Shown here: one piece after another, positions 61,734 through 64,000 of the stretch
Position numbering within the stretch: the stretch's first letter is position 1
How the letters are laid out: every line of letters starts with the position of its first letter
Assembly (NCBI RefSeq): GCF_964355755.1
Contig: NC_092679.1
Location: 24,900,432-24,964,431 of the forward strand
From: Antedon mediterranea
Lineage: Eukaryota; Animalia; Echinodermata
DNA length: 64,000 bases
Direction: 5' to 3'
Position numbers and translations under genes: made by a program
The notes under the pieces: generated by a model
Seen by the model: the letters and a program-made list of their open reading frames with translations, nothing else
Database searches by the model: none
Told to the model about the DNA's origin: nothing

Positions 61734-63854
61734 TTATTCCTTTTTTAGCTTCTTATTTGTCTCATCTGAAAAAGCAAAAGTAATACATTTTAAATAGTAA
61801 AATAATGCTGTGACCAATACTACTAATGAAAAACAGCTTATTATATTTTACTTACTTGTGTCAAACATTGCGCCTCTAATTAAACGTTTAGATGCCTTGA
61901 CATTCAATTTTGGTGCTGGAAAAAAAAAATTAAAACAAGTAAGCTGGAGTAATGATTTAATCTCAACAAATTACTATATACTGCATTAATATAGCACAAG
62001 CCATTATGAGTATTTCATTATTTTCACATTATGGTAATATTTTATGAGCTATTATGATCGTTCACATCATGTATAGAAAATGTCCTCACAATAGGCCTAC
62101 TGTATTGAACACATTTAACATAATGTATGCTTATGGTGCTATAAATCGTATATAAACCTCCTTGTAATTTGGGAATCATTATATTCCATATAAAAAAAAA
62201 TAGCCCCATAGGCCGAATTTTGTGATTATGATACACACCTGAATCACTAATTTTAACTTACCTTTTTGTTTATCAACAACTTGCTTTATTAAGTTCATAT
62301 ATTTTTTTATTCTCTCCTGCAATAGTTAAAAATGTTTTTAAACTAATTATTATGATCATGAAAATATTGAAAGGGACAGTACTGATAATCATAATTTATG
62401 ATAGAAATAGTTTCTATTTGTATTGAAATAGTTCTAAAATTGATTGAACTGGAGTGAGTGTACATGACATATTTCTACTAACCAGTTCATGTTTAATATG
62501 GCCTCTTGGATCAACTCCTTGAACACATAGGTACACTGAAATTATAAAATAGTGATAACATAAGTTGCCCATATGAAGTATACTTGTCAAGTTTCATTGA
62601 AAAATATCTTTTTGCTCTGAATTTAATATGATCAATCATAGAATTTTATTTCTGCGTAGTTGAAATGCACGACAGACTTCTATCATTTGCTGTACAACTT
62701 CACATAATATTAATAAAGTGACAAAGATACAACATGTACTGTTCCAGACACAAGTGGGGGAAGGAAAGTGAGCAAAAATAACTTACTCCAAAAAACTGAA
62801 TTGATAGCATATGCATCAACTAAATGCTTCTTAGCTTGATTAAGTGGATCTGGCTGTAATAAATGAAAATTAGTTAGATTTTATTGATTTGCATTTTAGG
62901 TACCAAACTTACTTTTTAGGTCCAATAACAAATAACAAACAATTATTTTCTTTCTTTCCTAATATTAGTATTACAATATAAATTAATAAGGTACTTAAAT
63001 AAAGTAGGTAAGTATTGAATTTCAAATAATTAATTTTGATAATATACTATACTGTTATATAAAAAAAAACAATCATTATTACTCTTTTATTTTAAATCGC
63101 ATAGTTAGAATTATTACTATTTTCTCTATTTTCTTTTTCTATATTTATTAATTAGCAAAAAATAAACCTTAGTTATAATACTGTACAGCAAAGTGTAAAA
63201 AGAAAGTTGGCAATCCACGGAAGGCAAACCTGTGATGTGTGTGGAAGCCCACTATATATTATAGGGGAAAAAACATAATTACAGTATTACAACAATAACA
63301 ATTAAAACTGCCCACCAGCGTGTCTTTGACCCCATCACTTTTTCCTTCATTGTATACAGTCCTCCTGTAATGTGTATTTTTGCTGTTCAAAATTAAGTTT
63401 GGGAAAAAACCTACTAGGCCTAGGAGGCCTACTACAGTACCAAATAATATTAATTACGGAAAAACAGCATATTTATTTGTTTATAATAACGCTGTATTCT
63501 ACAAACAAGGCCTTTTTAAATTATTCTTACATCGACACTCCTATTGTGGTCTGTTTCATCATAAATGTCTTTTGGTCTGTTTTTATCAAATTTACTGCTA
63601 GGACTAGGCCTAAATCGTGCACTATCGGTGACATCTTCACTGGTCCTAGGCCTAGTACTCTTCTCACTAGTAGTAGTAGTAGCCCTAGGCCCGTCGTCGT
63701 TGTTGCCTGGTGGTGGTGCCGCCAACGACAGTGTTTCTACTGCAGGTTTTAAAACTACGGTCTTGCGGCCTATTGAATTAAAAAATTCTTCAACTTGTTC
63801 AATTGCTTCTTCAAATTGTTTTATTGTATTTACTATTTCCCGTGGGTGATCCAT
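61734..63854 (-). CDS. C1D: Nuclear nucleic acid-binding protein C1D / exosome cofactor Rrp47 homologue, about 196 aa
   Basis: complement(join(61734..61765,61856..61915,62262..62316,62483..62535,62787..62853,63531..63854)), GT-AG with consistent phases. Translation MDHPREIVNTIKQFEEAIEQVEEFF...PDPLNQAKKHLVDAYAINSVFWMYLCVQGVDPRGHIKHELERIKKYMNLIKQVVDKQKAPKLNVKASKRLIRGAMFD matches the Sas10/C1D pattern (DPLEQAK..L..AY.LNS.FW.YL..QGV.P..H..K.ELERI..YM). Confidence 0.88.
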
Positions 63855-64000
63855 TTAGAAAGGATTTACGGTATAACTATAAAACACGGGACGCTCACCG
63901 CGTGTCGTGACCCACCGTGGCCAAAGAATATATCATCACCACCGACGAACGAGTAATCCGATCCGCGGTTTTCCCTGTAACAGTAATATTGTCCATGCGG

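Noticed and set aside
63372-63849. Plus-strand ORFs of 73-126 aa
   Set aside because: Antisense to C1D exon 1 and intron 1, with no recognisable domain.
27311-63854. A functional cluster linking the receptor and C1D (a reported nuclear-receptor corepressor)
   Set aside because: The genes are 30 kb apart with unrelated genes between them. Nothing in the sequence indicates co-regulation, so synteny data would be needed.

Overview
AT-rich, intron-containing animal DNA. It is probably from an invertebrate deuterostome such as an echinoderm; this is inferred from a Deu-type SINE and pervasive TAGGCCTA motifs, not proven. By hand I assembled four complete spliced genes with GT-AG introns in consistent phase. 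(1) An NR1I/NR1J-like nuclear receptor (+, 27311-31381) with an unusual ESCKS P-box. (2) A tandem-repeat two-CRD galectin (+, 42412-48224). (3) ADAT3, the non-catalytic tRNA A34 deaminase subunit (+, 53773-60792). (4) C1D/Rrp47 (-, 61734-63854) with a long low-complexity insertion; the ORF track shows only its first exon. The rest is dense with mobile DNA: a 5'-truncated Rex/L2-like LINE with one frameshift, several families of Helentron-type non-autonomous elements (nested and stacked), TIR elements resembling piggyBac, Harbinger, Kolobok, Merlin, Mutator and mariner, tRNA-derived SINEs, Penelope-like remnants with a minimal hammerhead ribozyme, minisatellites, and three 22-27 bp palindromes with 7-bp target duplications that look like P-element excision footprints. 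I found no prokaryotic system, no CRISPR array and nothing I can call a wholly new biological system. The best leads are the P-type footprints, the receptor P-box, Helentron terminus swapping, the hammerhead and the C1D insertion. All coordinates were counted by eye and may be off by a few bases.
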